Of a stretch of 64,000 nt of DNA, positions 31,554 to 43,200 are shown one piece after another; the stretch's first letter is position 1, and the number at the start of each line of letters is the position of its first letter. This DNA comes from Alphaproteobacteria bacterium (GTDB lineage Bacteria; Pseudomonadota; Alphaproteobacteria; CALKHQ01). The translations under genes and the position numbers were made by a program. The notes under the pieces were generated by a model. That model ran no database searches. It saw only the letters and a program-made list of their open reading frames with translations, and was not told the origin of the DNA. The stretch is from positions 1,760,001 through 1,824,000 of the forward strand of contig CBDDFZ010000001.1 of the NCBI GenBank assembly GCA_965227515.1. Direction: 5' to 3'.

Positions 31554-32603
31554 ATGATGACCGGATCGTCACGGCTGCAAAGCTTGCCGGTGCGCTGGCC
31601 GCGCCTGTTGGCAGCGGTGTTGCTGCTTCTGGCCGGTGGCGCCAGCCATGCCATGGCGGAAACGGTTGCCGACGACAGCGGCGCGCCGCAGACCTTCGCT
31701 CTTCTTGTCGGCGTTTCGACTTACGCCAACCTGCCCGCCATCCTTCACCTGGACGGCCCGCGCAACGACGTGCAGATGTGGCAGTCGCTGCTGCTCGGGC
31801 GCAATGTCAGCCCGGACAACATGGTGGTGCTGGCCGACGGCGTGGAGGGGGCTGCCCTTCCGACCCGCGCCGCCATATTCGATGCCTTCGCCGAGCTGAC
31901 CAAGGCGGTCGAGGCGGGCGACAACGTGTTCATCCTGATGGCCGGTCACGGCTCCCAACAGCCGCAGGGCGCGCTGGGCGACAAGTCGGAAGCCGACGGG
32001 CTGGACGAGATATTCCTGCCGTTCGATGCCGGCCGCTGGAGCGGGTCGGCGGGCGAGGTCGAGAACGCCATCGTCGACGACGAGTTCGGCGAGGTGATCG
32101 ACCGGCTGCGCGCGAAAGGCGCGCTGGTGTGGGTCGTCTTCGATGCCTGCCATTCCGGCACGATGGATCGCGGCGGTATGGCCGATGGCGATATGACCGA
32201 GCGCGACCGCGGGATCGAGCCGGCGGCGCTTGGCGTGCCGCTGCGCGATCTGGAGCGCGGCGATGGCGATCCGCATGAAGGCAGCATGGACGAGAGCGGG
32301 CTTGAGGCGCCGGCCGGTGGCCTGGTCGCGTTCTACGCCGCCCAGAGCTGGGAGCGGGCGCCGGAGAAGCTGTTCAAGAACGAGCGTGGCGAACGCGCGT
32401 TCTTCGGCCTGTTCAGCCGCACCCTCGCCGAGATCGTCTCGGACAGTCAGCCGCCGACATTTGCCGCGCTGATCGAGGAGGTCCGTGCGTCCTATGCCGA
32501 ACAGGGGCGGGATGGCCCGAACCCGCTTGCCGAAGGCTCTGCGTTGAACGAGCCGATATTCCTGCACGATCCGTCGGCCCCGCCGCGCCGCGAGAATAGT
32601 TAG
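31554..32603 (+). CDS. Secreted caspase-like protease (peptidase C14, orthocaspase/metacaspase type)
   Basis: Signal peptide; ALLVGV, LDGPRND, AGHGS (His) and FDACHSG (Cys); G.FS.TL and P.AEG. Confidence 0.9.
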   Translation: MMTGSSRLQSLPVRWPRLLAAVLLLLAGGASHAMAETVADDSGAPQTFALLVGVSTYANLPAILHLDGPRNDVQMWQSLLLGRNVSPDNMVVLADGVEGAALPTRAAIFDAFAELTKAVEAGDNVFILMAGHGSQQPQGALGDKSEADGLDEIFLPFDAGRWSGSAGEVENAIVDDEFGEVIDRLRAKGALVWVVFDACHSGTMDRGGMADGDMTERDRGIEPAALGVPLRDLERGDGDPHEGSMDESGLEAPAGGLVAFYAAQSWERAPEKLFKNERGERAFFGLFSRTLAEIVSDSQPPTFAALIEEVRASYAEQGRDGPNPLAEGSALNEPIFLHDPSAPPRRENS

Positions 32604-32760
32604 CCTATAGGCTACGGAGCCTGCATCGCCCTCGGTCCCGATACTTCTTCACGTCAGACTGGCCGAGGTTCGCTGGGGACTGTCAAACCCTTCATTGTCA
32701 TCCTTGGCCGGAGCCCAACGTCACGTTGGGCGCAGCGCCGAGGATCTTCCGTGTTTGGTG

Positions 32761-33972
<1,212 letters not shown>

Positions 33973-34099
33973 TCAAGGATGACAAGGGTGTTGGTGAGGG
34001 GGCGCAGACACACGGCACCGACACAGGTCAGGAACCTGTGCGCGGCGCTCTAAGCGCTTGCACGAGTTCCACCCATAGTCGCCCGACCATATGCCCCAA

Positions 34100-35716
34100 T
34101 CACCCCTGCCCTCGGAGGTCCCTCCGGACGATCTTGCCGGTGGCGGTCAGCGGCAGCGCGTCGACGAACGCGATCTGGCGCGGATACTCGTGCGCGGCCA
34201 GCCGCTGTTTCACGAAGTCCTGCAGCTCGGCCGCCAGATCGTCGGACGCGGCGTGGCCCTCTGCCAGCACGACGAACGCCTTCACCGCCTGGGTGCGCAC
34301 CGGGTCGGGCACGCCGACCACGCCGGCCATGCTGACGGCGGGGTGGGCGATCAGGCAGTCCTCGATCTCGCCGGGGCCGATCCGGTAGCCGGCCGACGTG
34401 ATGATGTCGTCGTCGCGGCCGACGAAGGTCAACCAGCCGTCGGCGTCGCGCACCCCGGTGTCGCCCGTCTTCAGCCAGTCGCCGGCGAACTTCGCCGCCG
34501 TCGCCTCCGGATTGCGCCAGTATCCCAGGAACATCACCGGGTCGGGCCGGCGCACGGCAATGGTGCCCTGGGTGCCGTCCGGCACCGCCCGCCCGGCATC
34601 GTCGATGACGGCGACCTCGTGGCCAGGGACCGCGCGGCCCATATGGCCGGGGCGTGCCGGCATCACCCGCGCGCATGACGACACGATCATGTTGCACTCG
34701 GTCTGGCCGTAAAACTCGTTGATGGTGAGGCCGAACACGCGCCGGCCCCAGTCCAGCAACTCCGCACCCAGGGTTTCGCCACCGGACGCGATGGTGCGCA
34801 TGTCGAAGGTCCAGCGCCGCTCCGGCGCGTCGACCGTGCGCATCAGCTTCAAGGCCGTCGGTGGGATGAAGGCGTTGCGCACGCCCAGGTCGGCGATCAG
34901 GCCGAACGCGGCCTCCGGGTCGAACTTCGCAAACCGCTGCACGACGACGGGCACGCCATGGTGCAGGGCCGGCAGCAGCACGTCCAGCAGGCCGCCGATC
35001 CAGGCCCAGTCCGCCGGGGTCCATATCAGGTCGCCGGGCTGCGGGAACTGGTCGTGGCTGATCTCCACGCCGGGCAAATGCCCCAGCAGCACCCGATGGG
35101 CGTGCAGCGCGCCCTTCGGCGGCCCGGTGGTGCCGGAGGTGTAGATGATCAGTGCCGGGTCGTCGGCGGCGGTGTCGACGGGCTTGAAGTCATCGGCCAG
35201 GCCGGCCATTTCGCCGTGCAGGTCTAGTGCGCCGGGGGCCGGGCCGTCGATGACGAACACGGCGGCGAGATCGGGCAGGTCGCCGCGCATGTCGGCGAGC
35301 TTGGCGGCACCCTCGGCGTTGGTCACCACCACCTTGGCGCCGCTGTCCCCGAGCCGGAAGCGCAACGCGTCCGGTCCGAACGGCATGAACAGCGGGATCG
35401 AAATTGCGCCCCGCTTGAAGGCGGCGATGTGGGTGGCGGCGGTCTCCACCGCTTGTGGCAGCAGCACGGCAACCCGGTCGCCACGCGCCACCCCGGATCC
35501 TGCCAGAAGATGGGCGATCCGGTTGGACAGCGCCCGCAGGCCGCCGTAAGTGACCATACGGCCGCTCCCCCCGTCGCCGGCAACGATCAGCGCCGGGCGG
35601 TCCGGCTCCCGGGCTGCCCACCGGTCGCAAACGTCGACGCCGATGTTGTAGCGCCGCGGCACCGCCCAGGCGAAACGCTCGACCAGGTCTTCATAGGTGT
35701 CGGCATCGGGCAGCAT
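34100..35716 (-). CDS. Acyl-CoA synthetase (AMP-forming)
   Basis: YTSGTTGPPKG, EFYGQTE, TGD and TATGKI. Confidence 0.93.
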   Translation of the reverse strand: MLPDADTYEDLVERFAWAVPRRYNIGVDVCDRWAAREPDRPALIVAGDGGSGRMVTYGGLRALSNRIAHLLAGSGVARGDRVAVLLPQAVETAATHIAAFKRGAISIPLFMPFGPDALRFRLGDSGAKVVVTNAEGAAKLADMRGDLPDLAAVFVIDGPAPGALDLHGEMAGLADDFKPVDTAADDPALIIYTSGTTGPPKGALHAHRVLLGHLPGVEISHDQFPQPGDLIWTPADWAWIGGLLDVLLPALHHGVPVVVQRFAKFDPEAAFGLIADLGVRNAFIPPTALKLMRTVDAPERRWTFDMRTIASGGETLGAELLDWGRRVFGLTINEFYGQTECNMIVSSCARVMPARPGHMGRAVPGHEVAVIDDAGRAVPDGTQGTIAVRRPDPVMFLGYWRNPEATAAKFAGDWLKTGDTGVRDADGWLTFVGRDDDIITSAGYRIGPGEIEDCLIAHPAVSMAGVVGVPDPVRTQAVKAFVVLAEGHAASDDLAAELQDFVKQRLAAHEYPRQIAFVDALPLTATGKIVRRDLRGQG

Positions 35717-35737
35717 CGGCGTCGCGGACGAATCGCC

Positions 35738-36595
35738 TCACTCGCTGCGCAGATACGCCGCCATGCCGCGGACGTTGAGTTCGCGCCAATCCTCGTAGTT
35801 CGACCAGCTCGCATAGTCGTCCATCGTCACTTCGGCGACGATCTCGTCGTCGGACATGCCGGCGTCGATGCCCTCCCGCACCTGGTCGCGCAGGCTTTCC
35901 ATGTAGACGCGGGTTGCCGCCACATCGCTGTGGCTGCCGATGTTGCCGTGGCCTGGGGCCATGATCTCGAACTCCAGCGCCTCGGCGCGCATCAGCCCGG
36001 CAATCCAGCCGTCGATGTCGGCGCCACCGAAGTCGCGGAACGGCAGCCTCGTGGGCGCCGCGATATCGACCACGAAGCCCACGTTCTCCGGCCGGATGAC
36101 GGTGACGATCAGGTTGTCGGAGTGGCCGGGGCCGACATAGCTCATCTCGAAGGTCTTGCCGCCGAACGCCAGCGTCATCGTGTCGGAAAAGGTGATGTCG
36201 GGCATGGCGGTGGGCACGCCCTCAGCCTCGATCGCGACTGCCGCGTTCTCATGCGCGATGACGGTCGCAGTGTCGGCGAACACCTCGCCGCCGGACATAT
36301 GGTCGGCGTGGTGGTGGCTGTAGATCATGTATGCGATCGGCAGGTCGCCGAACATCGAGGCGATCTCGCTCTCCAGCCACGTGGCCGCCTCCGCATTGAT
36401 CGGGTCGGTCACCACGATGCCGTCCGGCGTCACCACGAACACCGAGAAATGGAAATTGTTCTGGAACCGGTAGACGTCGCCGGCGATCTGGGTGACGGCG
36501 CGGGTCGGCTCCTGGGCCAGCGCGGGCAAGGCGGCAAGGCCAGCGGTGCAGGCAACCACCGCCGCCATGGCGCTGATGGTGCGTCGTGCGGGCAT
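35738..36595 (-). CDS. Secreted metallo-beta-lactamase fold hydrolase
   Basis: Signal peptide; YSHHHADH, GHS and PGHG. Confidence 0.85.
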   Translation of the reverse strand: MPARRTISAMAAVVACTAGLAALPALAQEPTRAVTQIAGDVYRFQNNFHFSVFVVTPDGIVVTDPINAEAATWLESEIASMFGDLPIAYMIYSHHHADHMSGGEVFADTATVIAHENAAVAIEAEGVPTAMPDITFSDTMTLAFGGKTFEMSYVGPGHSDNLIVTVIRPENVGFVVDIAAPTRLPFRDFGGADIDGWIAGLMRAEALEFEIMAPGHGNIGSHSDVAATRVYMESLRDQVREGIDAGMSDDEIVAEVTMDDYASWSNYEDWRELNVRGMAAYLRSE

Positions 36596-36667
36596 CTGAT
36601 CCTCCCTATCGGTTCGGTCTTGTTGTTCAGGAACCGCCATATTGCCGGCGCCTGCCGACCGCCCGAA

Positions 36668-37432
36668 TCACGTTGCCGTCAACCAGCCCAGCGCCTGGCC
36701 CCACAGCCGCGTGAAGTGCGGCCATTCGAAGGTGGCGGACGGCAGCCAGTGAGGGCCGATGTCGCTGGTCCACACCATCGTTCGGCCGGCCCCGTGCTCG
36801 CCGACCGCCAGCACCGGCAGGCGCCGATAGAGGTCGCTCGCCGTTGCCAGCACAGTCGCGTTCGGCTTGGCGGTCACCTCGTTGAAGCCCAGGATCGGCG
36901 GCCAATCGCCGTCGATGCCGTCCAGGATCGGGTGCGTGCCCGCGACTTCCGGCGCCATGCCCTGCGGCACCTCGATCCGGTCGTCGTAGGGCTGCATGGT
37001 CACCGGTAGCACCTCCTCCACCGGGGTGCCGCGATAGCGCGCGCTGCCGTTGATGCCCTGGAAGCTCAGATAGCCGCCGATCATCGCCAGCCCGCCGCCG
37101 CCGTGGACATAGCGCTCCAGCGCCAGCAGCCGGTTCGGCGTGGTGCGGGAGTGGATCCAGGTGTCCGGGTGCAGCAACAGCGTGTCGGCGCCGATGTCGG
37201 ACAGCAGGATCGCGTCGTACGCCGCCAGTGCTTCCGCCGTGGCCGGGAAGTCGGTCTGCGCGTCGTGGCAGGGCATGTAGGTGATGTCGAACGGCAGGCC
37301 GGCGAGTGCCGCCAGGAACCCGTCCGCGCCGCGATGGAAGGTGACGGTGGGGAACTGGTCGAATCCCTTGATGTGGGTTGCCTGGGTCACCCAGCTCTCG
37401 CCGGCTAGCAGGATCTTCTTGTTCTCGGGCAT
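36668..37432 (-). CDS. Glutamine amidotransferase-like protein (DUF1355 type)
   Basis: KILLAGESW, LSDIGA, MIGGYLSFQG and SDIGPHW. Confidence 0.85.
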   Translation of the reverse strand: MPENKKILLAGESWVTQATHIKGFDQFPTVTFHRGADGFLAALAGLPFDITYMPCHDAQTDFPATAEALAAYDAILLSDIGADTLLLHPDTWIHSRTTPNRLLALERYVHGGGGLAMIGGYLSFQGINGSARYRGTPVEEVLPVTMQPYDDRIEVPQGMAPEVAGTHPILDGIDGDWPPILGFNEVTAKPNATVLATASDLYRRLPVLAVGEHGAGRTMVWTSDIGPHWLPSATFEWPHFTRLWGQALGWLTAT

Positions 37433-37768
37433 GGGCGTTCACTCCGGTCGGCTCAGGTGGTCGCGATCATAAGGCCACAGGTGCGAAGTGGCGGCAATGC
37501 GGTCCGAACGGCCGTCCGATCGCGTCGCCGATCCGCCGTCGCCCGCCCTTGCGCCCACGACAGCGCATGTCGTGTCGCTCTCCTCGCTATCCATTGCATT
37601 TCATGGGAATTCGAGCCGAGTTGCCCGCGGCCGACATGCCTCGACTTTACTGAAACGCAAGACCTTTCGTGCGACGGTCCGGGTGCGGCGATTGCGGGAA
37701 GAATTCCGGCCGGCCAAGAAGGCAGCGGCCAACGCAAGCGTCACTCGACAGCAGGAGACAACAGGACG

Positions 37769-40156
37769 TTGTCGGCAGTCCACGCATCATCTGCGGCCTA
37801 TCTGGTCAAAGCCGCACCACCCCCGTTGGCGCGTGCCGGCGCGTTCGTGCCGTTCACGACCGAGCAGCTTGCGTTCACGCGCATGCGCTTCGACCGCGAC
37901 GGCAAGCTGGTGGCGCTGATGACGCCCCTGTCGGGCGGCCAGGGCTATTACGTCGTGCCATGGCCGATGTTGCCCGACATGGTGATGATGTCGGTGTTCG
38001 ACCGGGTGCTGCACGAAGATCTCAACGACATGATCGAGGTCGACCCCGCGTATGTCCGCAAGCGGGTCCTGTCGATCCAGCGTCGCGGCTTCTGCGGTCC
38101 GCGCGCCGCCGACGAGGCGCGGCTGGCGATGGAAAGCGACGACCGCCGCCGCAGCGAGGTCTATTTGGCCCTGCTGGAACGCGCGGCGGACGGCATTGAC
38201 GGCAAGCCGGTCGCGCACCGGTCCGGCCGGCCCGATCTGCCGACCCTGCTGCAAAAAATGCGCGGTCTCGCCATCAAGCTCTCGCTGCGGCCTGAGGCGC
38301 TGCAGCGCGCCACCCAGGAATGGGCGGCGCACATGATGCTGTTCGGCCTCAACCTGCCGGGCCTGGAAGGACCGCTGCGCATTCAGACCGCCGCCTTGTC
38401 GCAACAGGCCAACGACCTGCTGACCTGGTCGGCGGGCGAGCATCCCGAGTATGCCGAGATCGGCCGCACCTGTGCCGTGGCCGCCGAGAAGGGGGCCAAG
38501 CTCGCCACCGGCCTGTTGCAGGAAATCGATGTGGCCGTCGGCGAGCCGGTGCCCACCATCGTCAAGTGGCAGGAGCGCAGCGCGCGGTTGCGCATGCTGA
38601 TCAACGCGGCATCGGCCACCGTGCAGTCCTGGTGGGCGGCAACCGAGGAATGGCGCGACGCGTCGGAGCGGCGCGACCGTCATGCGATGCGTCATTGCAT
38701 CGGCAAGCTGAGCCGCCTGCTGACCATTCTGTCGCCGGAAACGGCAAACCGGCCGGCCGGCCAGGCGAACTGGCAGCCGCAGGTCGTTTCGGACGCAAGC
38801 AATGACACGGCGGAAGAGGCGGCCGGCGCTGCCGCGGCCGCGGCGGAGGAAGAGACGACGGAGCGCACCCGCAGGGCCGCCATATCGCGCGCGCAACAGT
38901 TGCGCGTGGCGGTGATGGAGCGGGCCGGCGACAGTGCCGTCATCGCGCGGCTGATGTGCGGCTCGTTCATGGACCTGGTGTCCGACGGCGTCGACCCCAG
39001 ACCGGGCGATCTCCGGGCCGAGACGTTCGATATCGCCGCCGGGTTGCTGCGCCGCACATGGTCGCGCATGGAACTGGAAGTGTTCGATTCCCTCGCGATG
39101 ATTGCGCATGAGCCGGCGAACTTCGCTCAATCGGTGCGTCAATTGCGCAAGTCGGCCATTCGCGGGCTGATGCCGTATTTCGGCCCCGAGGCGGAACTGA
39201 CGGCCGAGCAGGTGGAAGACCTGGCCGGCAGCGAGGAGCAGCATCGGGAACTGCGCCGGCTGTTGGGGGCGGCGTTGTGCTCGTCCCATTTCGATGCGCT
39301 GCTGGTCGACCTGCCGCCGGCCCCGGTGCCATGGCTGACCATGACCGACATCCGGCGCATCATCCGTGAGCTGGAGCGATGCGCCGCCACGTCTGTGGAA
39401 GGCGCGGTCACGCTGCTGCACATGACGATGCGCCAGCTATCCGACCAGGTCCAGGTGGTCCAGATTCTGCGCATCATGGCGGCGGACAAGCTGGTCAAGG
39501 TGCTCAACCATCCCGACATGGCGTCCATCGTCGCCGCGATCATCCACTATGTCGAAGGGCAGGCGACCGCGCTTGTCGACGAACTGACCCGGTTCGAGGG
39601 TGCATTGGACCTGAATGACGCCCTGTCGCGGTTCGTCGACGCCATCCGAACCAGCGGCACCGCGACCGTGGTGCGCCATGACGGCGCCATGTCGCGGCGC
39701 GTGAAGGCGGCCAACCAGACCGTGGTCGAGGCATTCCGCGCCGGCCTGGTCGACGCCGGGCCGAAGTGGATGGACCGGGCGTTCCCGCGCGTGGCGCGGG
39801 ATCGGGACGCATGGGTGGAGGAAGAGTCCGCACCGACGGTCGACCTCAACGAGTCGTTGGATATCGTCGCGCTGCACAAGCTCGAGCGTCTGCTGGACCT
39901 GCTGCCGGTTCTGAGCGACCTGTCGTCGTCCCTGGGGATTGAGACGGACTGCGCCATTCTGGAGGGCCGGATGCGCGACGCCACCAATGCGCTGGTGGCC
40001 GCCGTTCGCGAGGCGCTGATGCACGCCGGTGCCGCGCAATCGCGCAACCTGGCGCCGCATCTGATCTATGCCACCTGGCTGACCGAGCGGGTGGTCGGGA
40101 CCGACCAGGCCGACAAGCTGCGCCGCCGCGCGGCGCCGCTGCTGGAGCTCAAGTAG
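37769..40156 (+). CDS. Large helical hypothetical protein
   Basis: About 795-codon frame with host-like codon usage; start uncertain; no motif recognised. Confidence 0.65.
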   Translation: MSAVHASSAAYLVKAAPPPLARAGAFVPFTTEQLAFTRMRFDRDGKLVALMTPLSGGQGYYVVPWPMLPDMVMMSVFDRVLHEDLNDMIEVDPAYVRKRVLSIQRRGFCGPRAADEARLAMESDDRRRSEVYLALLERAADGIDGKPVAHRSGRPDLPTLLQKMRGLAIKLSLRPEALQRATQEWAAHMMLFGLNLPGLEGPLRIQTAALSQQANDLLTWSAGEHPEYAEIGRTCAVAAEKGAKLATGLLQEIDVAVGEPVPTIVKWQERSARLRMLINAASATVQSWWAATEEWRDASERRDRHAMRHCIGKLSRLLTILSPETANRPAGQANWQPQVVSDASNDTAEEAAGAAAAAAEEETTERTRRAAISRAQQLRVAVMERAGDSAVIARLMCGSFMDLVSDGVDPRPGDLRAETFDIAAGLLRRTWSRMELEVFDSLAMIAHEPANFAQSVRQLRKSAIRGLMPYFGPEAELTAEQVEDLAGSEEQHRELRRLLGAALCSSHFDALLVDLPPAPVPWLTMTDIRRIIRELERCAATSVEGAVTLLHMTMRQLSDQVQVVQILRIMAADKLVKVLNHPDMASIVAAIIHYVEGQATALVDELTRFEGALDLNDALSRFVDAIRTSGTATVVRHDGAMSRRVKAANQTVVEAFRAGLVDAGPKWMDRAFPRVARDRDAWVEEESAPTVDLNESLDIVALHKLERLLDLLPVLSDLSSSLGIETDCAILEGRMRDATNALVAAVREALMHAGAAQSRNLAPHLIYATWLTERVVGTDQADKLRRRAAPLLELK

Positions 40157-40298
40157 ACGGCAGCCCTGTTCGCGCGGGCCCGGGCGCGACGGCCGGTTTC
40201 GCGCAATGTGATCGTTTTTTGTGCACGCTGGCAGACACAACCGTTGAAATGTAGATTGGTCCGCGTCGCGTGAACGGCATCCACCGGCGAGGGCCCCC

Positions 40299-43200
40299 AT
40301 GTCTCGTTCGAGTTACCAGCGCAAGCTCAATGTCATCGACCGTTTGACCGCGCGGCTGGGAGACGCCCCCACCGCGTCGCCGGCCGCCTATTGCCGCAGC
40401 TTCTATGAGCACGTCCCGCCGGACGATGTCTGCGAGCGCCAGGACGATGAGCTGTTGGCCGCGGTGACGGCGATGTATCGCCTGGCCCAGGGCCGCACCG
40501 GCCACGAGCCGCTGGTCCGGGTGTTCAATCCCGATGTCGAGCAGCACGGCTGGCAGTCGCCCCACACCATCATCCAGATCGTCAACGACGACATGCCGTT
40601 CCTGGTCGACAGCATCACGGCGGAGCTGAACCGGCGCGGACTTGCCGTGCATTTGGTCATTCATCCGATCGTGCGCGTTGTGCGCGACGACAGCGGGACC
40701 ATCCAGACGATCACGCCAGCGGGTGACGGCGAGGGCGAGGGCCGGGTCGAGAGCCACATGCACGTGGAGATCGACGAGCTGCAGGACCCGGCGGAGATGG
40801 CGGCCGTTCAGGACGCGGTGGTCGCCGTGATCCAGGACGTGCGCGCGGCAGTGGAAGACTGGCCGACGATGACCGCCAAGGTCGACGAGGTGATCGCCAG
40901 CCTGCGCGACAACCCGCCGCCGGCGGAAGCGGGCGACGTGGAGGAAGCGGTGGCCTTCCTGCAGTGGCTGTGCGCGGACAATTTCACCTTCCTGGGTTAC
41001 CGCGACTACGACTACGAGGGCACCGGCGAGAACCGCTCGATGGAAGTGGTGGAAGGGTCCGGCCTCGGCATCATCCGCAACCCGGACACCCGCCTGTTCG
41101 GCCGACGCCGGGAAATGGAGACGTTGCCCGAGGATGTGCGCCACTTCATGCTGGCGCCGTCCCTGCTGCAGGTCACCAAGGCGAACCGCCGGTCCACCGT
41201 GCACCGTGGCGTGCACCTGGACACCATCAGCCTGAAGCGCTTCGACAGCGCAGGCAACGTCGATGGCGAGCAGATGTTCGCCGGTCTGTTCACCTCGTCG
41301 TCCTATCTGCAGCGGGTGCAGCAGGTGCCGATGTTGCGCGCCAAGGTCCGCGACACGCTCAAGCGCTCGGAGCTGCCGCCGCGCAGCCACGCCCGCAAGG
41401 CGCTGGAACACATCCTGGAGACATTTCCGCGCGACGAGCTCTATCAGATCGAGGTCGACGACCTGGAGCGCATCGCCCGCGGCATCCTCGATTTGCAGGA
41501 GCGCCAGCGCACCGCGCTGTTCATGCGCGAGGACCCGTTCGAGCGCTTTGTTTCCGCGTTCGTGTTCTGCCCGCGCGAACGCTACAACACCGAGTTGCGG
41601 CACCGCTTCGGCGACCTGCTGGCCAAGGCCCTGAACGGGCGCGTCAGTGCGTTCTTCCCGCTGGTCAACGCCGACGCACCGTTGGCCCGGGTCCACTTCA
41701 TCATCGGCACCGAGCCCGGCAACATTCCCGAAGTCGATTTCGAGGACCTGGAAAACCAGATCATCGATGCCGCCCGCGACTGGTCGGACATGCTGCGCGA
41801 CCAACTGGTCGCCAGCCTGGGCGAGGAGCGGGGCCTGACCCTGCATCGCTCCTATTCCGATGGGTTGCCGGCCGGTTATCGCGAGCGGGTCAGCCCGGCG
41901 GCCGCGGTGTTCGACCTGGAACGGGTGGAGTCCGCGCGCAGCAGCGTCTCGCTGCAACTGAACCTTTATCGCCCGATCGACATGCCGGCCCATGCGGTTC
42001 GCCTGAAGGTCTATCACGCCGATCGCCCGATCCCGCTGTCGGATGTGCTGCCGATGCTGGAGCACATGGGGCTGAAGGTGATGACGGAGGAGCCCTATCG
42101 CATCCAGCCGCGCGACGACCGGGCGGTGCACATTCACGACTTCTCCGCCGAACAGCGCGGCCGCGAGCCGATCGACCTGGAAACGGTGAAGGCGCGGTTC
42201 GAGGATGCCTTCGTCCAGGTCTGGGACGAGCAGGTCGAGGACGACGGGTTCAACGCCCTGGTGCTGCTGGCGGGGCTGAGCTGCCGCGACGTGGTGGTGC
42301 TGCGTGCGCTGGCCAAGTACCTGCGCCAGGCCGGCATCCAGTTCAGCCAGGACTATCTGGAGCAAACGCTGGCGCGCCATCCGTGGCTGGTCAACAGGCT
42401 GGTTGCGTATTTCCAGGCCAAGTTCGACCCCGACTTCGGCGGCGACCGCAACGCCGCGCTGAAGGACCTGGAGACCGAACTGGAACACGGCCTGAAGGAC
42501 GTGGACAGCCTGGACGAAGACGTGATGCTGCGCCGGTTCCTGAACCTCATGCAGGCCGCTCTGCGCACCAACTACTTCCAGCCGGATGCCGAAGGTGCGG
42601 CCAAGTCCTATGTCGCGTTCAAGTTCGAGTCCGCCAAGGTCGACGGCTTGCCGCTGCCGCGCCCGCTCTATGAGGTCTTCGTCTATGCGCCGAGCGTGGA
42701 GGCGGTGCATCTGCGCGGCGGCAAGGTGGCGCGCGGCGGCATCCGCTGGTCGGACCGGCGCGAGGATTTCCGGACCGAGGTGCTGGGCCTGATGAAGGCG
42801 CAGATGGTGAAGAACGCGGTCATCGTGCCGGTCGGCTCGAAGGGCGGCTTCGTGGTCAAGCGCCCACCGGCGCCCACCGGCGACCCCGCCGCCGACCGCC
42901 AGGCCCAGCGCGACGCCGGCATCGAGTGCTACAAGACCTTCATGGGCGGCCTGCTCGACATCACGGACAACTTGGTCGACGGCCAGGTGGTGCCGCCCAA
43001 CAGCGTGGTGCGCCATGACGACGACGATCCCTATCTGGTGGTCGCCGCCGACAAGGGCACGGCCACCTTCTCCGACATCGCCAATGGCGTGTCGCTGGAC
43101 TACGGCTTCTGGCTCGGCGACGCGTTCGCATCCGGCGGGTCGGCCGGCTACGACCACAAGAAGATGGGCATTACCGCGCGCGGCGGCTGGGAATCGGTGA

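Noticed and set aside
31071-32603. 510-aa ORF suggesting a longer caspase
   Set aside because: The upstream part overlaps the real 31057-31485 gene in another frame; the signal peptide places the protease start near 31554.
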